Source: the human T2T-CHM13v2.0 reference genome, Homo sapiens. Taken from it: DNA of 64,000 nt. The position numbers and the translations under genes are program-made. Below, piece after piece: positions 29,401-43,700 of the stretch. The first letter of the stretch is position 1. Each line of letters starts with the position of its first letter. The DNA is taken from NCBI RefSeq assembly GCF_009914755.1, contig NC_060946.1. One strand, 5' to 3'. The notes under the pieces were generated by a model. It had not been told where the DNA came from, did not search any database, and was given only the letters and a program-made list of their open reading frames with translations.

Positions 29401-31049
29401 GTAGAGTGAAGTGGAGTGGAGTGTAATGGAATGGAATGGAATGGAATATAATGGAATGGAATGGAATGGACTGGAAAGGAATGGACTCGAATGGAATGCA
29501 CTCTAAAGGCATCGACTCGAATGGAATGGACTCAAATGGAGTGGACCTGAATGCAATAGACTGGAACGGAATGGAATGGAATTGAATGGAATCGAAAGGC
29601 ATCGAATCGAATCGAATGGAATGCGGTGAAATTGAGTGGAGTGGGGTGGGGTGGAATGGAATGGAATGTGGGGGAAGGGAAGTGTAAGTAGTGGAGTGGA
29701 GTGGAGTGGAAAGGAGTGTAATGGAATGGAATGGGAAGAAAGGGAAGTGAACACAGAGGAGGAGAGTGGAGTGGAGAGGAATGTAATGGAATGGAAAGGA
29801 ATGGAGTGGAGTGCAATGTATTTTAATGGAGTGGATTGTAAAGGATTGGAGTGGAATAGAGTTGAATGGAATGGTGTAGAGTGGATTGGAGTGGAATGGA
29901 GTGGAGACGAGTGGAATGGAATGGAATGGACTGGAATGGAATGGAATCTAATGGAAAGGAATAAAATGGCATGGAATCAAATGGTATGGAATTGAATGGA
30001 ATGGTTTCAAATGGAATGGAATTGAATGGAATGGAAAATAATGGCGTCAAATAGAATTGGATGGAAGGTGGTGAAGTGGAATGGAGTGGAGTGGGATGGA
30101 GTGGAATGGAATGTGGTGGAATGGAATTGAAAGTAGTGGAGTGGAGTGGAGTGGAATGAGCTGTAATGGAATCGATGGGGCAGGAGGGGAAGTGAACACA
30201 GAAGAGTGGAGTGGAATGCAGTAAAATGGAATGGAATAGAGTGGAGTGGAGTGAAATGCATTGGAGTGGAGTGGAGTGGAATGGAATGCAGTGCAGTGGA
30301 ATGGAGTGGAGTGGAGAGGAGTGTAATGGAATGGAGTGTAATGGAATGGAGTGTAATGGAATGGAGTTGAGTGGAATGGAGTGGAGTGAAGTGGAGTGGA
30401 ATTGAATGTAATGCACTGTAATGGAATGGAAAGGAATAGAATGGAGTGGAATGCTGAGGAATGGAAAGGAATGGAATGTAACGGAATGGAGTGGAGTGGA
30501 ATGGACTCGAATTGAATGGACTGGAATGGAATGGTCTCAAAAAGAATGGAGTCGAATGGAAAGGAATTGAGTGGAAGGAATCAAATGGAGTGGAATGCAA
30601 TGGAATGTAATGGAATAGAGTGGAGTGTGGTGGAGTGGAGTGGAATGCAATGGAATGTAAAGGAATAGAGTGGAGTGGAGTGGAGTGGAGTGGAATGCAA
30701 TGGATTGGAGTGGAGTGGAGTGGATTGGGGTGGAATTTAATGGAATGGAATGGAGTGTAATGGAATGAAGTGGAGTGGAGTGGAGTGGAATGGAATTTTA
30801 TGGAGGGGAGTGAAGTGGAGTGTAGTGGAATGCAATGGAATGTAATGGAATGGAGGAGGGTGGCAAGGAGTGGAAGGGAATGCAATGGAATGGAGTGGAT
30901 TGGAGGGGAGTGGAGTGGAATGAAGTGGAGTGGAGTAGAGTGGAGTTCTGTGGAATGGAGTGGAGTGGAGTGGAAAGGGGGGGACTGGAGTGGAATGGAG
31001 TGGAGTAGAATGGAGTGGAATGGACTTTAGGGGAGTGGAGTGGAGTGGA

Positions 31050-31232
31050 ATGGAGTGGAGTGGAGTGGATTAGAGTGGAATGGAGTGGAATCAAGTGGAC
31101 TCTAATGGAGTGGAATGGAGTGGAGTGGAATGGAGAGGAATGGAGTGGAGTGGAATGGAGTGGAGTGGATTAGAGTGGAGTGGGGTAGAGTCGAGTGGAC
31201 TCTAATGGAGTGGAATGGAGTGGAGTGGAATG
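31050..31232 (+). repeat. 100-bp imperfect tandem duplication
   Basis: GGATTAGAG (TAGAG at 31071/31171) and GGACTCTAATGGAG (TCTAAT at 31101/31201) both recur at exactly 100 bp. Confidence 0.7.
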
Positions 31233-34200
31233 CAATGGAATGGAATAAAATGGACTCCAATGGAAAGAAAGAAAATGGAATGGAGTGGAATGGAACGGAC
31301 TCGAATGGAATGGAATGGAGTAGAATGGAATCGAATGGACTCTTACTGAATGGAAAGGAATCGAATGGAATGGAGTCGAATGGCATCAAATGGAATCCAA
31401 CTGAATGCGGTCAAGTGGAGTGGTGTGAAATGGAGTGGAAAGGAATGGGGTGTAATGGAATATAATGGAGTGGAGTGGAGAGGATTGGAGTAGAATGGAG
31501 TGGAGTGGAATGGATTGGGAAGGAATGGAATTGAAAGGAGCAGTGTGGAGTGGAGTAAAGTGGAATGCAATGGATTGGAATGGGAAAGAATGGAAATGAA
31601 TGGAGCAGAGTTTAGTGAAGTGCAGTAGAATGCAATGGAATGGAAAGGAATGGAGTGGAGTGGAATGGAATGCAGTGGAATGTACTGGAGTGGAGTGGAA
31701 TGGAATGGAATGGAATGCAATGGAATGGAATGGAAAGGAATGGAGTGGAATGGAGTGGAGTGGAGTGTAATTGAATGGAATGGACAGTAGTGGAATGGAA
31801 GTGAATGGATTGGAGGGGAATGCAGAGGAGTGGAATGGAATGGAATGGAATGGAATGGAATTGAAAGGAATGGAGAGGAATGGACTTGAATGGAATGGAC
31901 TGGAATGAAATGGACAAGAATGGAATGGAGTCGAAAGGAACGGAATTGAATGGAATGGAATTGAAGGGAGTTGAATGCAACGGAATGTAATGGAATGGAG
32001 TCGAGTGGAGTGGAGTAGAATGCAATGGACTGGAGTGCATTGGAGTGGATTTGAGTTGAATTTAATGGAATGGAATGGAATGGAGAGGAACGGAATGGCG
32101 TGGAGTGGAATGGAATGGAATTCTATGCAGGGGAGTGGAGTGGAGTGGAATGCAATGGAATGTAATGGAATGGAGTAGATTGGAATGGAGTGGAATGTAG
32201 TGGAGTGGACTAGAGTGGAATGGTGTGGAATGGAGTGGAGTGGAGTGGAGTCGAATGGAATGGAGTGGAGTGGAATGGATGGAATGGATTTTAGGGGGAT
32301 TGGATTGGATTGGAGTGTAATGGAGTGGAATGGATTTTAAGGTAGTGGAGTGGAGTGGAGAGTAACGGAGTGGTGTGGAGAGGATTGGAGTGGAATGGAG
32401 AGGAATCGAGTGAACACTAATGGAGAGAAATTAAGTGGATTGGATTGGAATGGAATGGAATGGAATGGTATGGAATGGACTCGAATGGAAAGGACTAAAA
32501 TGGAATGGAGTAGAATGGCATGTACACGAATGTAATGGAATTGAATGGAATGGAATCGAATGGAATGTTACTGAATGGAAAGGAATCAAATGGAATGGAG
32601 TCGAATGGCATCGAATGGAATCCAATTGAATGCGGTCAAATGGAGTAGAGTGGTGTGAAATGGAGTGGAATGGAATGGGATGGAGGGGATTGGAGTGGTA
32701 TGGAGTGTAGTGGAATGGAATGGGAAAGAATGGAATGGAACCGAGCGGAGTGGGGTGGAATAGAATGGAATGCAATGGACTGGAATGGGAAAGAATGGAA
32801 TTGAACGGAACAGAGTGGGTTGAAGTGGAGTGGAATGCAATGGAATTGAATAGAATGGTGTGGAGTGGAGTGGTGTGAAGTGGTGTGGAGTGGAGTGGAG
32901 TTGAATGGAGTGGAATGGAGTGGAGTAGAGTGGAGTGGAATGTTGTGGGTGGAGTGGAATGGACTGGAATCAAGTGGACTGGAAGGGAGTGGAATGGAAT
33001 GGACTCAAAGAGAATGAACTGGAATGGAATGGACTGGAATGGAATGGTCTCCAATGGATTGGACATGAATGGAATGGAATGGAATGGGCTCGAATGGGAT
33101 GGACTCAGATGGAATAGACTCAAAAGGAATTGAATCGAATGGAATGGAATCAAATGCAATGGAATCGTATCGAATGGTATATAATGGAATGGAATCAAAT
33201 AAAATCGAATGGAATTCAGTGAAGGGGAGTGCAGTGGAGTGGATACGAGTGGAATGGAATGGGGTGGAATGGAATTGAATGGAGTGGGGTGGAGTGGAGT
33301 GCAATGAAGTGGAATGGAATGGAAAGGGAAGGAATGGAATTCAACGGAGTGGAGAGGAATGAATTGGAGTGGAGTGGAATTAAATGGAAAGGAATGGAAT
33401 GCAATGGAATGGAATGGAATGGAATAAATGGATTAGAATGAAATGGGTTGTAATCACATGGATTGGAATTGAGTTTCATCCAATGGAACAGAATTTAATG
33501 CGATGTAGTGGAGTGGAGGGGAATGCACAGGAAAGGAATGGAATGCAATGGACAGGAGTGGAATGGATTGGAGTCGACTGGAGGGGAATTGAATGGAATG
33601 CAATGGACAAGAGTGGAGTGGGGCGGAGTAGAGTGGACTGCAGTGGAATGGAATGGAGTGGAGTAGAATGGAAAGGAATGGTCTCGAATGGAAAGGAAAC
33701 GAGTAGAATGGAGTCTAATAGAGTGGAATCGATTGGAATGGAATCGAATGGAATGCTATTGAGGAGCATTGAATGGAGTTGAATGGAATACGTTGAAGTT
33801 GAGTGGAGTGGATTGAAGTGGAGTGGAGTGTAATGGAATAGGGTGGAATGGAATTGAACGCAGATGAGTGTATTGGAGTGGAATGCAGTGGAAAGGAAAG
33901 TAATGGGACGGAATGGAATTGAACGTAGGGGAGTGAAGTGAAGTGGAATGGAGTGGAGAGGAGTGGAGTGGAGTGGAATGGAATGGAGTGGGGTGGAATG
34001 GATTGGAGTGGAGTGGAATGGAATGGAATGGAATCGAGTGGAATGGAATGGAGTGGAGTGAAGTGGAATGGATTGGAGAAGAGTGGAGTGGAGTTGAATG
34101 GAATGGAGTGCAGTGGATTAGACTGGAGTGGAGAGGACTGGACAGGAATGGAGAGGAATGGAATGGAGTGGAGTGGAATGGAATGGAATGGAAGGGAAAG

Positions 34201-36536
34201 GAAGGGAGTGGAGTGGAATGGAGTGGAGTGGAGTGGGGTGGAGTGGAGTTGAATTGAACGGAATGGACTGTAAGGGAATGGAATGGAGTGGAATGGAATG
34301 GAATGGAATGGAATGGAATGGAGTGGAATAGACTCGAATGGAATGGAGTGGAATGGACTCGAATGAAATGGACTGGAATGGAATGGACTCGAATGGAATG
34401 GAGTCGAATGGAATGGAATCAAATGGAATGGAAACGAACGGAGTCGAATGCAATGGAATGGAATGGAATGGAGGGGAGTGGAGTGTAGTGAAGTGGAATG
34501 CAATGGATTGGAGTGGAGTGGAGTGGACTGGAGTGGAATTTAATAAAATGGAATGGAGTGGAATGGAACAGAATGGAATAGAACGGAGTTGAATGGAATG
34601 GATTGCAATGGAATGGACTCGAAATGAATGGAATCGAATGAAATAGAAACGAATGGAATAGAATGGAATGGAAAGGAACGGAATGGAATGGAATGGAATG
34701 AAATGCAATTTAATGGAACGGAATGGTATTGAACAGAATGGAATCGAATGAAATGCAATAGAAGGGAATGGAATCGAATGTAATGGAATCGAATGAAATG
34801 CCGACGAATGGAATGGAATCAAAAGGAATAGATCAAATGGAAGAGAATCGAATGTAATGGAATCTAATGGAATGGAATGGAATGGAATGCAATGCAATGG
34901 AATGGAAAGTAATAGAACAGAATGGAATGGAATGGAATGGAAAGGAACGGAATGGAATAGAATGAAATGGAATGGAATGGAATGGAAATGAATGAAATGG
35001 AATCGAATTCAATGGAATGGAATCAAATGGTATGGAATTGAATGGAATGGAATTGAATGGAATGAAATCAAATGGAATTGAATGCAATCGAATGGAAAGC
35101 GGTGAAGCGGAGTGGTGTGGAGTGGAATGGAGTGGAATGTAATGGGGTGAAATGGAATTGAATGGAGTGGAGTCGAGTGTAGTGGAATGGAGTGGAATGG
35201 AATTTAATACGAAAGAATGGAATTGAATGGAGTGGTGTGGAGTGGAGTGGAATGGAATGGGATGCAATGGATTCGGATGGAATGGAATGGAGTGGATTGG
35301 AATGAAACGCAGTGGATTGGAAAAGAATGGAAAGGAATGGAATGGAATGGAATGGAATGGAATGGAATGGAATGGAATGGAATGGAGAGAAATAGAAAGA
35401 AACAGAATTTAGTGGAAGAGAATGGTATGGAATGGAATGGAATGGAATGGAATGGAATTGAATCAAATGATCTGGACTGGAATGGAATCGACTCGAGTGG
35501 AATGCACTCGAATGGAATGGACTCGACTCTAACGGAATGTAATGGAACGGAAAGATATCGAATGGAATGGAATGGAATCAAATGGTATGGACTGGAATGG
35601 AATGGAGTCAAATGCAATGAATTCGAATGGAATGGACTCAAATGGAATTGACTCGAATGGCATGGAATTGATTGGAATGAAATCGAATTGAATGCAATCG
35701 ATTGGAATGGAATCCAAAGGAAAGGAATCAAAAGGAATGGACTGGAATGGAATCAATTGGAATCAAATCGAATTGAATGCAATCGAATGGAAGGGAATCG
35801 AAAGGAAAGGTCTGGAATGCAATGGACTGGAATTGAATGGAATCGAATGGAATGGACAGAAATAGAATGGATTCGAATGGAATGGAAACGAATGGAATAG
35901 AATAGAATGTAAAAGAATGGAATGGAAAGGAATGGAATGTAATGGAATGGACTGGAATGGAATGGAATGGAATTGAACTGAACGGAATGAAATAAAATGG
36001 AATGGAAAGGAATGGAATGGAATCTCATGGACTCCAATGGAAAGGACTCGAATGGAATGCCTTCAAATGGAATGGAATCCAAAGGAATGGAATCAAGGGG
36101 ACAGGGATCAAATGGAGTGGGATCGAATGAAGTGGAATTGAATGGAATGGAATCAAATGGAATCGGATCGAATGGAATGGAATCGAATGTAATGGAATCG
36201 AGTGGAATGGAGTCGCACGGAATGGAAACGGATGGAATGGAATCGAAGGCAATCTAATGCAATCTATTCGAATACAATGGAATAGCATGGAAGGGAAACA
36301 AATGGCATCGAATAACATCGAACGGAATGCAGTGAAGTTGAGTGCACTTGAGTGGAGTGGTGTGGAAAGGAATGAGGTGGAGTTCAATTGAATGGAGTGC
36401 ATTGTAATGAATTAGAAGGGAGTTGAAAGCTATGGAATGAGAAGGAATGCAATGGAATGGAATGGAGTGCAGTGGATTGGAGTGGAATGGAATGGAATGG
36501 TGTGGAATAAAATGGAATGGAATGGTGAAATGAAAT

Positions 36537-36596
36537 GTGAGCTAATAATGTGCTACTGCACTACTGTGTGGGTGACTGAGATCCAGTTGAAATAAA
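36537..36596 (+). mobile_element. Decayed Alu right-arm 3'-end fragment embedded in HSat3
   Basis: GTGAGCTAATAATGTGCTACTGCACTACTGTGTGGGTGACTGAGATCCAGTTGAAATAAA aligns by eye to the Alu 3' end (GTGAGCCGAGATCGCGCCACTGCACTCCAGCCTGGGCGACAGAGCGAGACTCCGTCTCAAAA), with CpG decay, a small deletion and an eroded A-tail. It is the only clearly non-pentameric island I saw in the array. Confidence 0.75.
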
Positions 36597-37749
36597 GGAA
36601 TGTAATGAAATGGAGTAGAATGGAATGGAATGGAGTGGACTGGAATGGAATGGAGGGGAATGGATTGGAGTGGAATGGAGTGGATTGGAATGGAGTGGAT
36701 TGGAATGGAGTGGAGTGGAATGGAGTGGAATGGAATGGAATGGAGTGGAATGGAGTGGAATGGAGTGGAGTGGAATGCAGTGGAGTGGAATGGAGTGAAC
36801 TCGAGTGGAACAGAATGGAGTTTAGTGGAGTGCAGTGGAGTGGAATGGAATGGAATTGAGTGGAATGTAATGGAACAGAATGGAACAGAGTGGAGTGGAG
36901 TGCAGTGTATCGGAGTGCAGTGGAATGGAATGAAATGGAATTGAATGGAGTTTAGTAGAGTTGAGTGGAGTTTAATTTATTGGAGTGGAATGGAGTCTAG
37001 TGTAGTGGAGTGGAGTGGAATGGAACGGAGTGGAGTGGAATGGAAAGGAGTGGAGCGGAGTATAGTGGAAATGAACGCAGTGGAATGCAACGGACTGGAA
37101 TGGACTGGACAGGAATGGAATTGAATGTAACAGAACGGAATGGAATGGAGTGAAATGGAGTGGAATGGAGTTTAATGGAATGGAGTGGAGTTGAACTGAA
37201 TGAAATAGAGTGGAGTGGAGTGGACTGCAGTGCAACGGAATGGAATTGAATGTAATTGAATGACATGGAATGGAATGGAATGGACTCTAATGGAATTGAA
37301 TGAAATGGAATGGAATGGAATGGATTCGAATGGAATGGAACGGAATGGAATGGAATGGACTCCAATGTAAAGACTGGAATGGAATGGACTCGAATTCAAA
37401 GGACTCTAATGGAATGGAATGGAATGGAATGGAATAGAATGGAATGGAATCAAAAGGAAAGGACTGGAATTGAATGGAATGGAACGGAATGGAATGGACT
37501 CGAACGGAATTGACAGGAATGGAATGGATTAGAATGGAATTGACTGAAAAGGAATGGACCCAAATAAAATGGAATGGAATGGAATGGAATGAAATTGAAT
37601 GGAATGGACTAGAATGGAATGGAGTCAAATAGAACGCACTGGAATAGAATAGATTCGAATGGAATGGAATCGAATAGAATGGCAGTGAATGGAATGGAAT
37701 CTAATGGAATGCAATCGAATGGAATATAATAGAAAGGAATGGACTGGAA

Positions 37750-40700
37750 TGGAATGTAACCAAATGGAATACAATCGAATGGAATGGAATCGAATGGCAT
37801 CAAATGGAATCAAATGAAATGCGGTGAAGTTGAGTGGATTGGAGTGGAATGGAGTGGAATGGAATGGGGTGGAATGGAATAGAATGAACTGTAGTGGAGT
37901 GGAGTGCAATGCAGTTGAATGGAATGAAATGGGAAGGAATGGAATTGAACGGACTGGAGTGGAGTGGAGTGGAGTGGAATTGACTGGATTGGAATGGACT
38001 GGAATGGAATGGAATGGACACGAATGGAATGGAATCGAATGGAAAAGAATGGAATGGAATGGATTCGAATGGAATGGAATGGAGTGAAATGGAGTGGAAA
38101 AGAGTGGAATAGAATGGAGTGGAGTGGGGTGGGATGGAGTGGAATGGAATGGATTGGAAAGGAATGGAATGGCCTCAAATGGAATGGAATCGAACATAAT
38201 GGAATGGAATGGAATGGAATCAAACAGAATGGAATGGAATGGAATCGATTGTTATGGAATAGAGTGGAATGGGATGGAATGGAATGGAAACAAATGGAAT
38301 GGAATGGAATGGAATCAAATGGAATGGAATGGAATGGAATCAAATTGAATGGGATCGCATGGAACATAATCAACTGGAATGGAATCGAGTTGATTGGAAT
38401 CAAATGTCATCAAATGGAATCAAATGGAATACGGTGAAGTGTAGAGGAGCGGATTGGAGTGGAAAGGAATGGGGTGGAATAGAATTTAATGTAGTGGGGT
38501 GGAATGGAATTTAATGTTGTGGAGTGGAGTGGAATGGAGTGGAAGGAATGGAACGGGAAGAAATCGAATTGAATGAAGTGGACTGGAGTGGAGTGGAATG
38601 GAATGCAATGGAATGGAATGGAAAGGAATGGAATGGAATCGAATGGAATGAAGTGAAATGGAGAGGAAAGGAGTGCAATGGAATGGAGTGGAGTGGGATG
38701 GGATTGAGTGGAGTGGAGTAGAATATAATGCAATGGATTAGAATGGAATGGAATCGACTCTATTGGATTGAAATAGAATGGAATGGAATGGAATGCAATA
38801 GATTCTAGTGGAATGGAATGGAAAGGAATGGAATGGACCCGAATTGAATGAAAAAGAATGGAATGGAGTGCAATGGAATTGAACGGAATGGAATGCAATT
38901 GAATGCAATGGTATCGAATGGAATGGAAGGGAATTGAGAGCAATGAATTCGAATGGAAGGGAATGGAATGGAATGGACACGAAAGGAATGGAATGGAATG
39001 GAATGGAATCGAATGGAATGGAATGAAATCAAATGGAACAGAAACAAATGGAATGCACTGGAATGGAATGGAATCGAATGGATAGGAATCGAATGAATGG
39101 AGTCAAATGGAATGGAATTCAAAGGCATCCAATGGAATCAAATAAAATGCGGTGAATTTTAGTAGAGTAGAGTAGAATGGAGTGGAATGGAAAGGAGTGG
39201 AATGGAATAGAATGATGTGTAGTGGAGTGGAGTGCAATGGAGTGGAATGGAAGGAAATGGGAAGGAATGGAATTGAAATGAGTGGAGTGGAGTGGAGTGG
39301 AATAGACTGGAATGGAATGGTCTGGAGCAGAATGGAATGGAATGGAATGGAATGGAATGGAATGGAATGGAGTGGAATTAAGTGGAGTGGAGTTGAATGG
39401 AGTGGAGTGGAGTGGAATGGAATGGAATGAAATGGAAATGAATGGATTCGGATGGAATGGAATTGAATTCAATGGAATTGAAAGCAATGGAATTGAATGG
39501 AATGGAATCGAATGGAATGGAATGGAGTGAATCGGAGTGGAAAGTAGTGGAATGGAAGGGAGTGGAGTGGGAAGGGATAAAGTGTAATGGAATGGAATTG
39601 AATGGAATGGAAAGGAATGCAATCAAAAAAAATGGAATGGAATGAAATCGAATCAAATGGAATGGAAACGAACGGAATGTAATCAAATGGAATGTGATGG
39701 AATGGAATCGAATGGAATGGAAAGGAATGGAATGGGAAGGAATGGAAAGGACTCGAATGGAATGGAACATAATGGAATGGAGTGCAATGGAATCGAATGG
39801 AATGGAATGCAATCCAATGCAATGGTATCAAATGGAATGGAAGGGAATCAAATGGAAGGAATGGAATTGAACGGACAGGAGTGGAGTGGAGTGGAGTGGA
39901 ATAGACTGGAAAGGAATGGAATGGAATGGAATGGAATGGAATGGAACGGAATCGAATGGAATGGAATCGAATGGAAAGGAATCGATTGGAATGGAATCGA
40001 ATGGAATGGAGTGGAGTGAAATGGAGTGGAAAGGAGTGGAATGGAAGGGATTGGAGTGGGATGGTATGGAGTGGAGTGGAAAGGAATGGAATGGAACGGA
40101 TTCGAATGGAATTTAAGAGAAGTGAATGCAATGGATTCCAATTGGTTGGAATGGAATGCAATAGACATGAAAGAATGGAATGGAATGGATTGGAATGGAA
40201 TCAAATGGAACGGAATGGAACAGAATGGAATGGAATCGAATGGAATGGACTGGAATGGAATGTAACCAAATGGAATGGAATCGAATGGCATCAAATGGAA
40301 TCAAATAGAATGCGGTGAAATTGAGTGCAGTGAAGTGGAATGGAATGGAATGGGGTGGAATGGAATAGAATGAAGTGTAGTGGAGTGGAGTGTAAAGCAG
40401 TTGAATGGAATGAAATGGGAAGGAATGGAATTGAATGGACAGGAGTGGAGTGGCATGGAGTGGAGTGGAATAGACTAGATTGGAATGGACTGGAATGGAA
40501 TGGAATGGACTCGAATGGAATGGAATCGAATAGAAAGGAATGGAATGGAATGGAATTGAATGGAATGGAATGGAGTGAAATGGAGTGGAAAGGAGTGGAA
40601 TGGAGGCGAGTGGGGTGGGATGGAGTGGAAAGGAATGGAATGCAATGGAATGGACTCAAATTGAATGGAATCGAACATAATGGAATGGAGTGGAATGGGA

Positions 40701-43700
40701 TGGAATGGAATGGAAACAAATGGAATGGAATGAAATGGAATGGAATCAAATGGAATGGAATGGAATGGAATCGAACTGAAAGGGATCGCATGGAACATAA
40801 TCGAATGGAATGGAATCCAATTGAATGGGATCGCATGGAACATAATTGAATGGAATGGAATCGAATTGATTGGAATCGAATGTCATCAAATGGAATCAAA
40901 TGGAATAACGTGAGGTGTAGAGGAGCGGATTGGAATGGAGTGGAACGGAATGGGGTGGAATGGAATTTAATGTAGTGGGGTGGAGTGAAATGGAGTGGGT
41001 GGAATGGAATGGGAAGAAATGGAATTGAATGAAGTAGAGTGGAGTGGAATGGAATGCAATGGAATGGAATGGAAAGGAATGGAATGGAATCGAATGGAAT
41101 GAAGTGAAATGGAGAGGAAAGGAGTGCAATGGAATGGAGTGGAGTGGGATGGGATTGAGTTGAGTGAAGTGGAATATAATGCAATGGAATAGAATGGAAT
41201 GGAATCGACTCTATTGGAATGAAATAGAATGGAATGGAATGCAATAGAATCGAGTGGAAAGGAATGGAAAGGAATGGAATGGAAAGGAAAGGAATGGAAT
41301 GGAATTGAATGGAAAAGAATGTAATGGAGTGCAATGGAATCGAACGGAATGGAATGCAATTGAATGCAATGGTATCGAATGGAATGGAAGTGAATCGAAA
41401 GCAATGGATTCAAATGAAAGGGAATGGAATGGACACGAAAGGAATGGAATGGAGTGCAACGGAATCGAATGGAATGGAATGGAATCAAATGGAACAGAAA
41501 CAAGTGGAATGGACTGGAATGGAATGGAATGGAATGGATAGGAATCGAATGAATGGAGTCAAATGGAATGGAATTGAAAGAAATCTAATGGAATCAAATG
41601 GAATGCGGTGAAATTGAGTAGAGTAGAGTGGAGTGGAGTAGAATGTAAAGGATTGGAATGGAATAGAATGATGTGCAGTGGAGTGGAGTGCAAAGGAGTG
41701 CAATGGAATGAAACGAGAAGAAATGGAATTGAAGGGAGTGGAGTGGAGAGTAGTGAAGTGGAGTGGAATAGATTGGAATGGAATGGTCTGGAGTAGAATG
41801 GAATGGAATGGAAAAGAACGGAATGGAATGGAGTGGTGTTAAGTGGAGTGGAGTTGAATGGAGTGGAGTGGAGTTGGAAATGAATGGAAAGGAATGAAAT
41901 GGAAATGAATGGACTCGAATGGAACGGAATTGAATTTAATGGAATTGAATGCAATGGGATTGAATGGAATGGAATTGAACGGAATGGAATGGAGTGAAAA
42001 GCAGTGGAAAGGAGTGGAATGGCAGGGAGTGGAGTGGGATGGTATGCAGTGTAATGGAATGGAATGGAATGGAATGGAACAAAATGGAATGGAGCGGAAT
42101 GGAATGAAATCAAATCGAATGGAATGGAATCGAATGGAACGGAATCGAATGGAATGTGATGCAATGGAATGGAATCAAATGGAATGGAATTGAATGGAAT
42201 GGAAAGGAATGACATGGGATGGAATGGAGTGGAATCAGATGGAAGGGAATGGAATGGAATGGAATGGAATGGAAAGGAATGGAATTGACTCGAATGGAAT
42301 GGAACATAATAGAATGGAGTGCAATGGAATTGAATGGAATGGAATGCAGTCGAATGCAATGGTATGGAAAGGAATGGAAGGGAATCAAATGGAAGGAATG
42401 GAATTCAACGGACTGGAGTGGAGTGGAATTGACTGGAATGGAATGGAATGGAATGGGCTCGAATGGAATGGAATCAAATGGAAACGAATTGATTGGAATG
42501 GAATCGAATGGAATGGAATGGAGTGAAATGAAGTGGAAAGGCATGGAATGGAAGGGAATGGAGAGGGATGGGATGGAGTGGAATGGAATTGAATAGAGTG
42601 GAATGGAATGGAATGGAATGGGATGGACTCGAATGGAATGGAAGGGAATCAAATGCAATAGATTCGAATGGTTGGAATGGAATGCAACAGACACGAAAGA
42701 ATGGAATGGATTGGAATGGAATCGAATACAACGGAATGGAATGGAATGGAATGGAATGGAATGGAATGGAATGGAATGGAATGGAATGGAATAGAATGGA
42801 ATCAAACGGAAAGGAATCAAATGGAATGGACTGGAATGGAATGGAATCAAATGGAATGGACTGGAATGGAATGGAATCAAAAGAAATGGAATCGAACGGA
42901 ATGGAATCAAATGGCCTCAAATGGAATCAAATGGAATGCGGTGAAGTTGAGTGGACTGGAGTGGAATGGAGTGGAACGGAATGGGGTGGAATGGAACAGA
43001 ATGAAGTGTAATGGAGTGGAGTGCAATGGAGTGCAATTGAATGAAATGAGAAGGAATGGAATTGAACGGACTGGAGTTAAGTGGAGTGGAGTGGTGTAGA
43101 CTGGAATGGAATGGACTGGAATGGAAAGGAGTGGAATGGAATGGACTCGAATAGAATGGAATCGAATGGAAAGGAATCAAATGGATTGGAATCGAATGGA
43201 ATGGAATGGAGTGAAATGGAATTGATTTGAATGGGATCTCATGGAATGGAAACGAATGGAATGGAATCGAATTGAATGGAAACAAATGTCATCAAATGGA
43301 AAACAGTGAAGTGTAGAAGAGTGGATTGGAATGGAGTGGAATGGAATGGGGTGCAATGGAATTTAATATAGTGGAGTGGAGAGGAATGGAGTGAATGGAA
43401 TGGAATGGGGAGAAATGGAATTGAATGGAATGGAGTGGAGTGGAGTGGAGTGGAATGGAATGGAATGGAATGCAATAGAATGGAATGGAATGGAAATGAA
43501 TTGAATGGAATCAAATGGAATGGAATCGAATGGAATGGAATCAAATGGACTGTAAAGGAATGGAATGGATAGGAATGTACTCTGATAGAATGGAAATAAA
43601 TGAAATGCAGTGCAAAGCAATCGAATGGAAGGGAATGCAACTGAATGCAATGGTATCGAATGGAATGGAAGGAAATCGAATGCAAAGGATTTGAACGGAA

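Larger units (their letters stand above)
18100..34500 (+). repeat. Domain of diverged ~2.3-3.4-kb higher-order units
   Basis: An ordered marker set recurs, e.g. CTCCAA(T/C)GGATTGGACA-like at ~18596, 21971, 24316, 27044, 33047 and GAGTCTAATAG-like at ~19242, 19901, 22616, 25020, 33711. Confidence 0.6.

Noticed and set aside
36591-36596. AATAAA as a polyadenylation signal
   Set aside because: It is better explained as the eroded Alu A-tail, and other AATAAA hexamers arise by mutation elsewhere in the array.
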